A stretch of DNA of 64,000 nucleotides, taken from Syntrophales bacterium (GTDB lineage: Bacteria > Desulfobacterota > Syntrophia > Syntrophales > UBA2210). The position numbers were made by a program, and so were the translations under genes. Under the pieces are notes generated by a model, which was given only the letters and a program-made list of their open reading frames with translations, had not been told where the DNA came from and made no database searches. Shown here one piece after another: positions 38,550-48,643 of the stretch (position 1 is its first letter; the number at the start of each line of letters is the position of its first letter). The stretch covers positions 155,098-219,097 of the forward strand of contig OY761459.1 in assembly GCA_963664485.1 (NCBI GenBank). Direction: 5' to 3'.

Positions 38550-38567
38550 GACAGCTCGCTCCTTTCA

Positions 38568-38741
38568 TTACCGGTTACTGAAGATCTGGAATCCATGACA
38601 GGCTTCTGTTTCGTACTCATCTATATCGAGCCCTCGCAGTTCCTCCTCACGACTGACCCTAAGACCGAGAACCAATTTAATCAGATAAAACATAATAAAG
38701 CCCGTGGCCATGCACCATGCTAATACAGACAGAATACCGAT
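38568..38741 (-). pseudogene. amtB: Ammonium transporter C-terminal remnant
   Basis: IGILSVLAWCMATGFIMFYLIKLVLGLRVSREEELRGLDIDEYETEACHGFQIFSNR*. Confidence 0.8.
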
Positions 38742-38860
38742 GCGGATCTGTGTTTCACCTGCAGTCTACAAGAATGTGCGTAAGAAAAATGGAAACACCA
38801 GGAACGACATCCCGGCCATTGATGCCCCACAGTATCCTAAGAAATACACTGTTGCAAATT

Positions 38861-38877
38861 AGCAATTTCGGTGCCAA
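38861..38877 (-). promoter_or_regulatory. Sigma54 -24/-12 promoter
   Basis: TTGGCAC-CGAAA-TTGCT upstream of amtB'-glnK. Confidence 0.75.
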
Positions 38878-39038
38878 TGCAAAACCGTTCGACGGCTTTA
38901 GAATATAAACAAATGATAACAATAAGTTAAACAGAATTTAAGCGACGGGATCAATCCGGATCAGAATCGCATGGATTCGACATTGAGGAAACTTCAGGAA
39001 AAATAATCCTACAGAAATGTATGTTTTCGCTTTCCGTT

Positions 39039-39316
39039 CCGGTCAGAAGTCCGCTATAGAGGATTCCATCGCCGAGCTCAAAAAGGCCATGGAAGGCGAT
39101 AACGCCGATGCCATAAAGGCGGCCCAGGAAGACATGACGCAGGAGGCGTCGCATAAACTGGCTGAAGCAATGTACGCAAAGGCAACAAGCAAAGGAGCCG
39201 GAGAAGCGGGAGCGGCCGGTGCGGGAGCTTCCGAAGCAGGCGCACAGACTGAATCGGTCCAGGCCGATAACGATGTGGTGGATGCCGATTTCAAGGAAGT
39301 AAACAAAGATTCGTAA
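39039..39316 (+). pseudogene. Duplicate of dnaK 3' end
   Basis: Colinear with 32969-33237 ([10 protein letters not shown]...VVDADF.EV), with substitutions and a one-codon insertion. Confidence 0.93.
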
Positions 39317-39320
39317 TCTC

Positions 39321-39362
39321 GTAAGCTTCCCTGTCACGTGTACACGTGACAGGGAAGCTTAC
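39321..39362. terminator. 42-bp perfect palindrome after the dnaK fragment
   Basis: gtaagcttccctgtcacgtgt/acacgtgacagggaagcttac. Confidence 0.55.
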
Positions 39363-39596
39363 TCAGACATTTGCTCGAAAAGACTCACTAAAGGACCGAC
39401 ACCATACATCTTTACAAAAATAATGAGGTTCTTTTATGGGGGCGATATAAATATCAGGATGTTGATTTAGATAATCATAAAGAGATGTAGTGCCCGACTT
39501 GGCTGTACCGACAATACAAAATGGGGATTTTTATTGTTAGGTTTTGAGAACTTCTCATGTTCGAAAATTTTACTCCTAACCTGATGATTTTTGTTT

Positions 39597-40475
39597 CTAA
39601 TCTTTCCAGTGACTTAACTCTAGCTTGCTGAGTTTTTCTACTTTATAATGATCATCTTGGAAATACCTATTAAAATACCTCTGCCTTTCTCCCTGAGAAA
39701 GAATTAATTTATTATCTGTCGTGTATAAATTGAGAATCTTTTCTCTTAGATTCATTCTAATATTTTTCGGAATGATTATTTTTAGTATCTTTTTGTTTTT
39801 GTTTCTAGATTGTAAATATCTTGTAAACAAATTTGATTGATATGAAAAAGCTTTATTGCTGTGTATATTAGAATTCAATTGCATGACCTCCACCCCCAAA
39901 AAATTTTGAATTCTGATTAATGTTTCAGGTAAGTTTTCGACAATATCCGTGTCAAAATCGAGAAATAGGAACTGCTCCTCAGGAAAGAATCTGAAGTACC
40001 TTTCTATTTGAACCGAGTAATACCCCCTACTGAAATAACTATAATGCCCAAACTCAAAATCTCCTCTTTGGATTCTTATCTTTTCTTGAGCAATCGCTTC
40101 CTCAAATGTCAAATTTTCGTATAATCGTCCCTTTGTCATATTATAGTGTGAAACAGCTCTATCAATGGGTTGTCTTAATACAAAAATAAATTTGGTATCT
40201 GATCCCAAATCATTAAAAATCCGTTTTGGAACTTTGGGATAAAAACAATAACTAGCCGTAAATGAACCCGCAATTAATTCATCCTTGTATTCTGAAAAAA
40301 ATTCTTTATAAAACCACTCCAATCTATTCAAATATAGATTGTCGACATCAAAATAATGGGTTTCTTTTCTAAATGGGAGATAAATATCGGGATGCTCTTT
40401 TAAAATATCATGCAGGGTTGTCGTGCCTGCTTTTTGAGTGCCAATACAGAAGAATTTAATATTTGGTTTTTTCAT
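39597..40475 (-). CDS. Sulfotransferase
   Basis: IGTQKAGTTTL (PAPS loop), KETHYF, LRQPIDRAVSHY. Confidence 0.9.
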   Translation of the reverse strand: MKKPNIKFFCIGTQKAGTTTLHDILKEHPDIYLPFRKETHYFDVDNLYLNRLEWFYKEFFSEYKDELIAGSFTASYCFYPKVPKRIFNDLGSDTKFIFVLRQPIDRAVSHYNMTKGRLYENLTFEEAIAQEKIRIQRGDFEFGHYSYFSRGYYSVQIERYFRFFPEEQFLFLDFDTDIVENLPETLIRIQNFLGVEVMQLNSNIHSNKAFSYQSNLFTRYLQSRNKNKKILKIIIPKNIRMNLREKILNLYTTDNKLILSQGERQRYFNRYFQDDHYKVEKLSKLELSHWKD

Positions 40476-40930
40476 CTCCATCCAAGAAAGGAACATTCGC
40501 CTAATGCGTATTTCGTTTCATAAATTATTAAAACTCAATATAATACCACCAATGGATAATTCAATAAATCTCTGGTCAGAATTTGAAAACTTGCACAATT
40601 TTAATCTTTTATAATTTGTTCAAACTTGGTGGTTTTCGAAAAAATTACAGATTTTTTTACGTTTTATACGCTTCAATTGTTTTTTACATCCCCTTAACTT
40701 TTTTATGTCTTCATAAAGGAGTGGTTCGGTATTAGATGTCTTATACCACCATCATGATTTTCATTTTTCTTTTTGCCAATACTGTGCTTTCGTGACAGGG
40801 AAGATTACAGGTAGACCTCCATAGAAGAGGGATTTGAAAAAATCATTGCAAAAGACGTAGCATGATTATATAGGCCAAAAAGAGACCGAGTGTCCGGGGA
40901 GGTAATAAGTCTTACACATAAGCTTTTCTT

Positions 40931-42202
40931 TTAAGTCGGCTTTTGAAATTTTAACCCTTCCTCCGCATCGATAGACCACAGAATAGTCACCATGGCAAAT
41001 ATTATCCAGAGAACGACTTCGGTCATATGCCCGCAATGTGTTTCGAAGAGACCAGTCACAAAAAACATCACCATCAGTGAAGAAACGCATAGCCCCCACC
41101 CCCTGATACAATCATCTCTCCCATACCGTATAACGTTCCAGCACATCCGGCAGGACACAAAAAGGACGTATAAAAATAACACAAGCCCCACAATACCGAG
41201 TCGTACAGTCAGGCCCAGCAACAGGTTGTGTGGGTCATTGGGGAAATAGGATTTTTTGATCGTCTCCGGTATTCTTTCATTGTATATCTTCAAGTCCAGA
41301 ATTTCGCCGTATGGACGCGCGTCAAACCCTGTCCCGATTATCGGATAATTCTTAATGATTTCAATTGAGATACAATTCATCTGCATACGGTTGCTGGATT
41401 CATTAAGAGAAATGTCCTCAAAACGTTTTCCGACAGGCATTGTCATGAAAATCAGTAGAATAACCATAATGCCTGCTGTCAATGCCTTTTTATTTCGTAT
41501 AAACAAAACGAGAACCGCGGGAACCATAGCCACAAACGCCGAACGGGTCTGAGTCAAAATTGTCGTTGCTAATAATGGAAAGCAAACACCGAGAGAAACC
41601 ATTTTGTGATAAACGTTTTTACCGGTAAGGGAAAAATGCAGAGAAAGGATAACCGCACACAGAAGAACAACAACTATACTATTGGTAGGGGCCTGGATTA
41701 CATCCCACATAAAGCGCTTTGTCAGAACATTATCCACGATACAATAATAATAAACAAATCCTCCGATGGAAAAGATCGCGGCAGAAATGACAATAATCCA
41801 TGAAAGCAGGACAAGACGCTGTCTTGAATTGAAAAAATTTATCAGCATATAATAGAAAACGATATATTTAAGCAGGTGTGAATACAAATCACCGGCACTG
41901 TTCGCCCTGTCGATCGCGAAAAAGATACTGAGAAACGACCACAGTACAAAGAGTCCGAAAGGAAGCAGTAACGGAGTCTTGAGCAGCAGTCGAACCCTGC
42001 CGCGGACAACCAGAATGAGTACCGCAAAAACCGACAGATAAAAACATATTTCTTTTATTGCCGTGGTATGCGGAAAGGGGTTCAGAAAAATGAACACCCC
42101 TATCAAGAAGGGAACACTCAAACCCAACAGGTCAAACACATCCGACCCGGCAACAGATTCTTTCAGCAAAGATTTTATGTAACGACTAATATTCATAACC
42201 AT
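40931..42202 (-). CDS. O-antigen ligase / Wzy_C family membrane protein
   Basis: Multiple TMs, TQTRSA, PIIGTG, PHN..L......G.VG. Confidence 0.85.
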   Translation of the reverse strand: MVMNISRYIKSLLKESVAGSDVFDLLGLSVPFLIGVFIFLNPFPHTTAIKEICFYLSVFAVLILVVRGRVRLLLKTPLLLPFGLFVLWSFLSIFFAIDRANSAGDLYSHLLKYIVFYYMLINFFNSRQRLVLLSWIIVISAAIFSIGGFVYYYCIVDNVLTKRFMWDVIQAPTNSIVVVLLCAVILSLHFSLTGKNVYHKMVSLGVCFPLLATTILTQTRSAFVAMVPAVLVLFIRNKKALTAGIMVILLIFMTMPVGKRFEDISLNESSNRMQMNCISIEIIKNYPIIGTGFDARPYGEILDLKIYNERIPETIKKSYFPNDPHNLLLGLTVRLGIVGLVLFLYVLFVSCRMCWNVIRYGRDDCIRGWGLCVSSLMVMFFVTGLFETHCGHMTEVVLWIIFAMVTILWSIDAEEGLKFQKPT

Positions 42203-42287
42203 CTAAAATAGCTGTGTTTAACCCCGAGCGGATAAAAGGCGACGCATCTCCAGGATCAGGAATATTCCCGCCGGTTACACTTTTCCC

Positions 42288-43703
42288 TTAATGAGCATTT
42301 TTTCGTGCTTTTTTTCCAAACACCGTCAAAAAGATTATCTTTATATCCAACCAGAGAGACCAGTCTCGGAGGTACTGAATGTCGTCCTTGACCCGGTTTT
42401 CCATCTTGTCAATGGTCTCGGTTTCCCCTCGCCATCCATGCACCTGGGCGAGCCCGGTAATCCCCGGTTTCGAGCGGTGACGAAGCATGTATCCCGGAAT
42501 CAGCTTCCGGTAATATTCATTGTGAGCAACCGCATGAGGCCTGGGGCCCACAATAGACATTCGACCCTGCAGGACATTAATAAATTGAGGCAGCTCATCC
42601 AGTGACGTCCTCCGGAGGAAAGTCCCGAACCTGGTAACCCGGGGATCATTCTTGCGCGCCTGTTCAATAACATCGCCATCCTCACATACAGACATGGTAC
42701 GAAACTTCCACACCAGGATCTCTCCCTTCACTCCATATCGTTTCTGCTTGAAAATGACCGGTCCGGGAGAAGAAAGTTTTATCCCGATGGCAATAACGAG
42801 CATTGGAACAGCAATGATAAGAAGAATCAGGCTTCCCAGGAGGAGATCCTCGGTCCGTTTCAGCCATCCATTAAGGCCGTTATGAGGACTTTCATAGATG
42901 CTGACTGCGGAAATACCCCCCAGATTAACCCAGCGGGCATTGAGGAGGTCGAGGAAATAGAGATCGGGTACGACATATACAAATGCGGAAGAATCAGACA
43001 ATTTTTCTACAAGTTCACGAATCCGTTCGTCAGACTTTTTAGGCAGAGCAATATATATCATATCAACCTTTCCAGACAGAGCCCATGTTACCAGTTCATC
43101 CAGATTTCCCCTGTTCGTGAAAGATTTTTCATCCTGCTTTATGAGAGTATCCTTCTCCTTGAAATCATCAAAGAAACCGACCAGCCGCATACCCATATAC
43201 GGAGAAGATACGATGACCTCACCGAGTCTAATGCCCAAAGGCCCGGCACCGGCGATAGCCACTGTCCGACTGTTTCTCCCTCTCTTTCTCAGCCTGTTCA
43301 TTGTTGAACGGATCAAAAACCGCCAGAGAGAGAGCACCACCGGCACGAAAAACATCCAATGCAGAATCACAAGCCGGGAATAATCAGCCGATGTCTTAGT
43401 AGCAAAAGCAATCATAATATCTACAAAGACAACACCGATCCATACCAGCCATAGATTCTTAATCTCCTCGCCAAGGACGTTACCCCCCCGCCAGGACGTA
43501 TACAGCTTTCTTATATCGGAAAAGATATAAAAGAGTATGCAGGATATTGCCCCCGCTAATCCATAGATACTGGTAAATGATATTCCCCGGAGCAATACGA
43601 ATACCCATAAGAGGCTGAATATCCAGATAAAGTCGAAAAGACGGAAAATAACGGCGAGGCGGGAATGATAGGGTCGAATAAAACCTTGAGTTTTAGGGGT
43701 CAT
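42288..43703 (-). CDS. wcaJ: Undecaprenyl-phosphate glucose phosphotransferase
   Basis: KFRTM, DPRVT, RRTSLDELPQF.NVLQG.MSIVGPRPHA, KPGITGLAQV. Confidence 0.93.
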   Translation of the reverse strand: MTPKTQGFIRPYHSRLAVIFRLFDFIWIFSLLWVFVLLRGISFTSIYGLAGAISCILFYIFSDIRKLYTSWRGGNVLGEEIKNLWLVWIGVVFVDIMIAFATKTSADYSRLVILHWMFFVPVVLSLWRFLIRSTMNRLRKRGRNSRTVAIAGAGPLGIRLGEVIVSSPYMGMRLVGFFDDFKEKDTLIKQDEKSFTNRGNLDELVTWALSGKVDMIYIALPKKSDERIRELVEKLSDSSAFVYVVPDLYFLDLLNARWVNLGGISAVSIYESPHNGLNGWLKRTEDLLLGSLILLIIAVPMLVIAIGIKLSSPGPVIFKQKRYGVKGEILVWKFRTMSVCEDGDVIEQARKNDPRVTRFGTFLRRTSLDELPQFINVLQGRMSIVGPRPHAVAHNEYYRKLIPGYMLRHRSKPGITGLAQVHGWRGETETIDKMENRVKDDIQYLRDWSLWLDIKIIFLTVFGKKARKNAH

Positions 43704-44046
43704 AATGTTTTCCTGAATGGAGCAAAAAACCGGACATTATTAAATCCAAGTTTAAGGCCTTTTGATACATCCTGATAGTCTTTTCTGTTATCGTATCCCG
43801 GTTATATTTAGTTTTTGTCTCACCGCAGATATGCTGTTGATCTTTTTTTGTCAATTACTGATCGAGAACTATCTCCATCATGTCTCTCAAATCAGTGATG
43901 CCGGCGCATCGTAAACATCGTTCTCTCGACAAATTGAGTCTGCGGCGATCCGGAATGTCCTGAACCGGGACAGGTAAACCGTAACTCGAAGCCCCCAGCA
44001 ATACGGTGGGAAGATCCTCTCTTGTTTCAAAAAATAAGGGATACTC

Positions 44047-45150
44047 TCAGAACAATGCATTCATTACAATCTTTTCGTACGTCGGGTACACTTTATCCCA
44101 GGTAAAGTTATTTCTGAACTGACTGATACTCTCTTTTCTCATTGCGGCAATCAAATCGTCATCTCTGAGAAGTAACTCTATCTGCCGGGCGCATTCTGTT
44201 TCCGAAGAAAAATAATGTGCCCCCGCCCCTGCAACCCACCGATTGAACTTGTTTCCGTGCGAAAGAATGGCGGAACCGGCCGCCAGGGCTTCGATAAGAG
44301 ACGGATTGGTGCCCCCCACGGTATGACCGTGTATAGAGAACCTCGCAAAATATCTCAGGGACTGAACCACATCTTTATTATATACCGCACCGGCAAACCT
44401 TATCTCTTCTCCGGCCGCATCGGCCAGCTGTTTCTGATAGGCATTAGACGCCGGGTCGTATTCTCCAAGAATAAAGAGCGGCATATTTCGTGGTTTAATT
44501 GAATAGGCCCTTACAATTTCGAGAATTGAATTCTCCGGTTCCAGCCTTGCAACAAGGAGCACATAGTTGTTTTTTTCAAGACCGAAGGGGGCAAGGTATC
44601 TTTCATCTGCGCAATCTACCGTGTCGCTACTGTATGGTATCACGGTTATTTTATCCGCAGAGACAAACCGGAGGAGCCTGTTCTTTATTTCGGGGTGATC
44701 CGCAATAAGGTGATTGCCCAGCCATGCACCCAGTTTCTCATTTACATAAAGCCAGGTTCTCGCAGGAAGATTCCACTTTTTACGGCGCCACTCAAGACCA
44801 TCCATATTGATAAAATTCTTAATCCTCTTCAGGCGATATATCGTGCAAAAAACAGCGGTATTGTATCCTAACGTCAGGACAGGTATTCTTCTTTTTGCAG
44901 CATGTACGGTCGCTTTCCAATCAAAAAGTACCGTTCCCTTGGCACCGCTCAGGTTGACCGGGATATGCACCCTGTGAACACCATGCCACTCATCTTCACT
45001 GATACTGCCTTCACCTTTCTTCTGACAGTAAACAGTGACATTCCACCCCCTTTTCACCAGGTAAAGAGCAAAATGTTCGGCAAAAGTTTCAAAACCGCCA
45101 TGCTGAGCGGGGATACCGCGGATACCTAAAATCGCAATAGAGTTATTCAT
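44047..45150 (-). CDS. Glycosyltransferase (DUF1972/RgpA-like, GT-B)
   Basis: G.RGIPA.HGGFETF, NMDGLEW.R.KW, ARLEPEN, HGH.VGGTNPSLIEA. Confidence 0.9.
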   Translation of the reverse strand: MNNSIAILGIRGIPAQHGGFETFAEHFALYLVKRGWNVTVYCQKKGEGSISEDEWHGVHRVHIPVNLSGAKGTVLFDWKATVHAAKRRIPVLTLGYNTAVFCTIYRLKRIKNFINMDGLEWRRKKWNLPARTWLYVNEKLGAWLGNHLIADHPEIKNRLLRFVSADKITVIPYSSDTVDCADERYLAPFGLEKNNYVLLVARLEPENSILEIVRAYSIKPRNMPLFILGEYDPASNAYQKQLADAAGEEIRFAGAVYNKDVVQSLRYFARFSIHGHTVGGTNPSLIEALAAGSAILSHGNKFNRWVAGAGAHYFSSETECARQIELLLRDDDLIAAMRKESISQFRNNFTWDKVYPTYEKIVMNALF

Positions 45151-45321
45151 TTTCAAAGCTCCAGGACAATGATATTCTTTTTTCACATTGTTAATATTGT
45201 TAATAAGGAAAACCTCTTGGGGGGGCAATCAGAACATTCCAAACAGCCCGTCCGGGACAGGTTTCAAGTCAGACATATCTCGAAAATCGCAATGTCCATA
45301 TCTTCTTGTCATCCCTGTTAA

Positions 45322-46455
45322 TCACCGATTAATAATGTCAAGATATGTCCTTGCAATATCATTCCAGTTGTAGTCTCTTTTTATTGTTTCAATAGCATTC
45401 CTGGAAATTGTATACCGAAAATTATTGTCATTGAAACAGCGATTTATCTGTTCCGACAACTTCAGACTGTCTTTAATCTGAAAGAGCAAGCCGTTTCTCT
45501 CATCTGAAATAATCTCTCTGTTTGCAGGCAGATCGGATGCGATAACCGGCAAACCATAACTCATCGCCATCAGAAGTACTCCGCTTTGGTAAATGGTCCG
45601 GTACGGTAAAACATTTACATCGGCGGCAACAAAATACTTGTCACGTTCATCATCTTCGATGAATTGTATCTTTTTGACGATTCTGTCTTCCAGATGATGT
45701 TTTTTGATAATATCATCATAATATGAAAAATCATCTTTCCATGGCTTCCCCGCGATAATAAGATGGATTTCTTTGTCAACATACGGCATGGCTTTAAGTA
45801 CAATATCCAGACCTTTAACCCTCTTTATCTGCCCGAAGAAGAGGATATATCTGACATTTTCCTGAAGGCCGAGTTGACATCTTGCTTCTTTTTTATCTGT
45901 TTTCCGTTTGATATGATCAAGGTATCCACCATGCCTGATTATATGGACTTTCTTTGTTTCTTTTACCTTTGACTGATTTATCAATGTTGTATAGGAGAAT
46001 TGATTGTGTACAATGATATGATCACACAACGTGTTATAAATAAGGCGTTGAATAGCAACACTGTCATCATCGGCAAAGCTGGAAACATCGTGTGAAATTA
46101 CAGCCGTTTTGAGACCAAAGAGTTTTGCAATAAGAGAGAGAACCAGTATCTCAACATTGGCCGAGAAATAATGAAGGATTACTAAATCGATTTTTTCTTT
46201 CCTTGCCAGCCTGGCTGCCCTGAATGTTCCAAAGAGTAAGCGCAGCCCCCTTACCAGAAAACCGGCATCCGAGTGACCCTCATATACCGTACTGTAATGA
46301 ATGTTTCCCGAATCCGATCCGGGAAAGTTGCTGAAAACATACCCTTCATGCCCGGCATTCAGAAAGCCTTTCAGGAGCGAAGTGTCGTAATAATCCATTC
46401 CGGCTTTTTCCCCAACATGGTCAAAAATCGCAACACGTTTTCGTGCATCACTCAT
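45322..46455 (-). CDS. GT4 glycosyltransferase
   Basis: FFGQIKRVKGLD, LPY....QSGVLLMAMSYGLPVIAS. Confidence 0.92.
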   Translation of the reverse strand: MSDARKRVAIFDHVGEKAGMDYYDTSLLKGFLNAGHEGYVFSNFPGSDSGNIHYSTVYEGHSDAGFLVRGLRLLFGTFRAARLARKEKIDLVILHYFSANVEILVLSLIAKLFGLKTAVISHDVSSFADDDSVAIQRLIYNTLCDHIIVHNQFSYTTLINQSKVKETKKVHIIRHGGYLDHIKRKTDKKEARCQLGLQENVRYILFFGQIKRVKGLDIVLKAMPYVDKEIHLIIAGKPWKDDFSYYDDIIKKHHLEDRIVKKIQFIEDDERDKYFVAADVNVLPYRTIYQSGVLLMAMSYGLPVIASDLPANREIISDERNGLLFQIKDSLKLSEQINRCFNDNNFRYTISRNAIETIKRDYNWNDIARTYLDIINR

Positions 46456-46752
46456 GAAGTTTTCCCTCTTCTTTTTCCGGATCCCTTCCTATAGCAGTAT
46501 TACAAATCTTTTTGGATACGCACTTCAGGCTTTTATATCTTCTGTTTATGTATTTCAAATAGCCCGTTTTTGGGTTTATCATCGAATTCTGTCTTATGTT
46601 TTTCTTTAAAGAACCCGCATTTTACGAAAAATGTACGCGCGATCATTTTAATCGTCACATCACGCGGGTTCGATGAGAGAGATACCGAAACGATTCATAA
46701 AACCGGGCGCTGAAAAGGGGACCAAATTTGTGGCTGGAAAGCTATGAGAGCA

Positions 46753-47712
46753 CTATAACCACTCAGGCAAACGGACATATCCATAATCAGTGAGCAATTC
46801 TTTAAGATTTGATAAATCCTGACGGAAGCAGTGTATAGCTGCCGGATTGACTGCAGGTCCCGGTGCATTAGAGACTTCGGCATTCATCATATGATAGAAT
46901 GATCGCAGTTTGTCTTTTAATCGAGGGGACCGTCGTAACACAACTTCAAATCGTCTGTTAACCCCCGCAGCCCATTGATGCAATAATCGATATCTTACCG
47001 TAATAGCTTTGTTATTTATCAAGAATTGATAATCTTTATACATATCCGGTGAAATGTTAAGCCATTCACATATATCTATCAGGGTTCTTTGAGGATCATA
47101 TTTTAAATCGTCAAAAAAGAGTATCTTGATGTTTTCACTGTCAACGCAATTGAACCAACCGAGAAGATAGTTATAATACAATCCGTATTTAATGCCGCTC
47201 AGATAATATTCACGACTCTGGTCCTCCCGGAACTCATTATAATAAGAATAGGACTGCGCAACATACTCGTCAAAACTCATATCTTTTATAAATTGTTTCT
47301 GCTCAGGTGACACTCTTTCACCATACGCAAAAATATATGAGTTCTTTAAATAATGATAAAATGAAATCAATCGCTCTGCCGGTTCACGTAAAATAAAAAT
47401 AATCTTAAACTCCCCGAGAAGATCTTTCATGGCATCGGCGATTTTTGAGCCTCCGTACATATAACCGGGACTCGCCTCCATTACATACCGGAAATCGTAC
47501 CCTTTCAAATGCTTGAAATAAAACAAATACTCATCGAGCGGAGAGAGTGATTCACCGAATTGTATCGGAATAAAATATCCAAGCTCTTTCTTGCTCGAGG
47601 CTCCAATATCTTCGTGGCCGGCAAGGTATGAAAACAGGGATGTTGTTCCCGCCTTATAAACGCCGCCGATAAAAAGATTGGGGAACACCGAGTTAGTGTA
47701 TGAGGCCATCAA
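46753..47712 (-). CDS. Sulfotransferase
   Basis: PNLFIGGVYKAGTTSL, KE.GYF, EASPGY, LREPAERLIS. Confidence 0.9.
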   Translation of the reverse strand: MMASYTNSVFPNLFIGGVYKAGTTSLFSYLAGHEDIGASSKKELGYFIPIQFGESLSPLDEYLFYFKHLKGYDFRYVMEASPGYMYGGSKIADAMKDLLGEFKIIFILREPAERLISFYHYLKNSYIFAYGERVSPEQKQFIKDMSFDEYVAQSYSYYNEFREDQSREYYLSGIKYGLYYNYLLGWFNCVDSENIKILFFDDLKYDPQRTLIDICEWLNISPDMYKDYQFLINNKAITVRYRLLHQWAAGVNRRFEVVLRRSPRLKDKLRSFYHMMNAEVSNAPGPAVNPAAIHCFRQDLSNLKELLTDYGYVRLPEWL

Positions 47713-48643
47713 CCATTCCCCTGATATGACTTCTCAATAATGTAATCTTATTTCCTTTAATCCATCTCAAAGATCGGGAAATAAAAATATAGGTAACCAC
47801 GATGCAGAATTTGAAACGATTAAAATGTAACTTCATAAAAAGTACAATATTTTTTGACATCATGTAGACACTGAAAGCTGAGAATTGTACACCGCTTGCG
47901 TTACCCACTTTATGCCAGATATAACTCTCTTCGCACACCTTAAGCGCAAAACCCTGCTTCAATACCCGGTAACAATACTCGAGATCCTCAACATACATAA
48001 AAAACTCTTCATTGATGAAACCTACCCTTTCAAATACTCTCTTTGGCACAAGCCACATACAGCCGGTAATAAATGTGTTCTCTTCCGGCGCTTTCTGGCC
48101 GGTATCTTCTTTATTAAAGCATATGTGCTCTATCCTTGAGGTCAGGGAATTAAATTTTCCTCCATTAAACCAGAAGACATCCGGCCTGTCATAAAAGTAA
48201 ATCTTTCCCGAAGCGATACCGATGGTATCATCGGCTTCACACATCTTCACCATCGGCTTCAAAAACCCCGGATCAACAACGGTGTCATTATTAAGAACAA
48301 GCACATACTCCGCACCATGTTTCAGCGCATATCGCATGCCGATATTATTACCATACCCGTAACCGCCGTTATATTCCGTCTGAAGCAAGGTAAATTCGGT
48401 TTGTGACAATTGACTCTGCATCGCTTCATTCGGGGAACGATAAAAATTAAATACAAGCGATTGCGACTGCAGGTAGTGATGTATTCTTTTCACGGAGTCA
48501 TCCGTCGAAGCGTTATCGACGATAACGATATTATAATTGTTATAGTAAATTTCCCGCAGGCTTTGCAGGCACGCTATCGTATCTTCGGCGCCATTATAGT
48601 TCAAAAGAATGATAGAAACTTTAGATGATAAATCAGTCGACAT
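47693..48643 (-). CDS. GT2 glycosyltransferase
   Basis: IILLNYN, VDNASTD, LNND, FFMYVED. Confidence 0.92.
   Translation of the reverse strand: MSTDLSSKVSIILLNYNGAEDTIACLQSLREIYYNNYNIVIVDNASTDDSVKRIHHYLQSQSLVFNFYRSPNEAMQSQLSQTEFTLLQTEYNGGYGYGNNIGMRYALKHGAEYVLVLNNDTVVDPGFLKPMVKMCEADDTIGIASGKIYFYDRPDVFWFNGGKFNSLTSRIEHICFNKEDTGQKAPEENTFITGCMWLVPKRVFERVGFINEEFFMYVEDLEYCYRVLKQGFALKVCEESYIWHKVGNASGVQFSAFSVYMMSKNIVLFMKLHFNRFKFCIVVTYIFISRSLRWIKGNKITLLRSHIRGMVDGLIH

Noticed and set aside
39017-39316. 99-aa ORF as an independent gene
   Set aside because: It is the dnaK C-terminal duplicate with a fortuitous 8-codon leader and no clear RBS
40497-40930. Long intergenic gaps in the second EPS locus (also 43704-44046, 46456-46752) as ncRNA or pseudogenes
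   Set aside because: No recognisable motif, structure or protein remnant by eye
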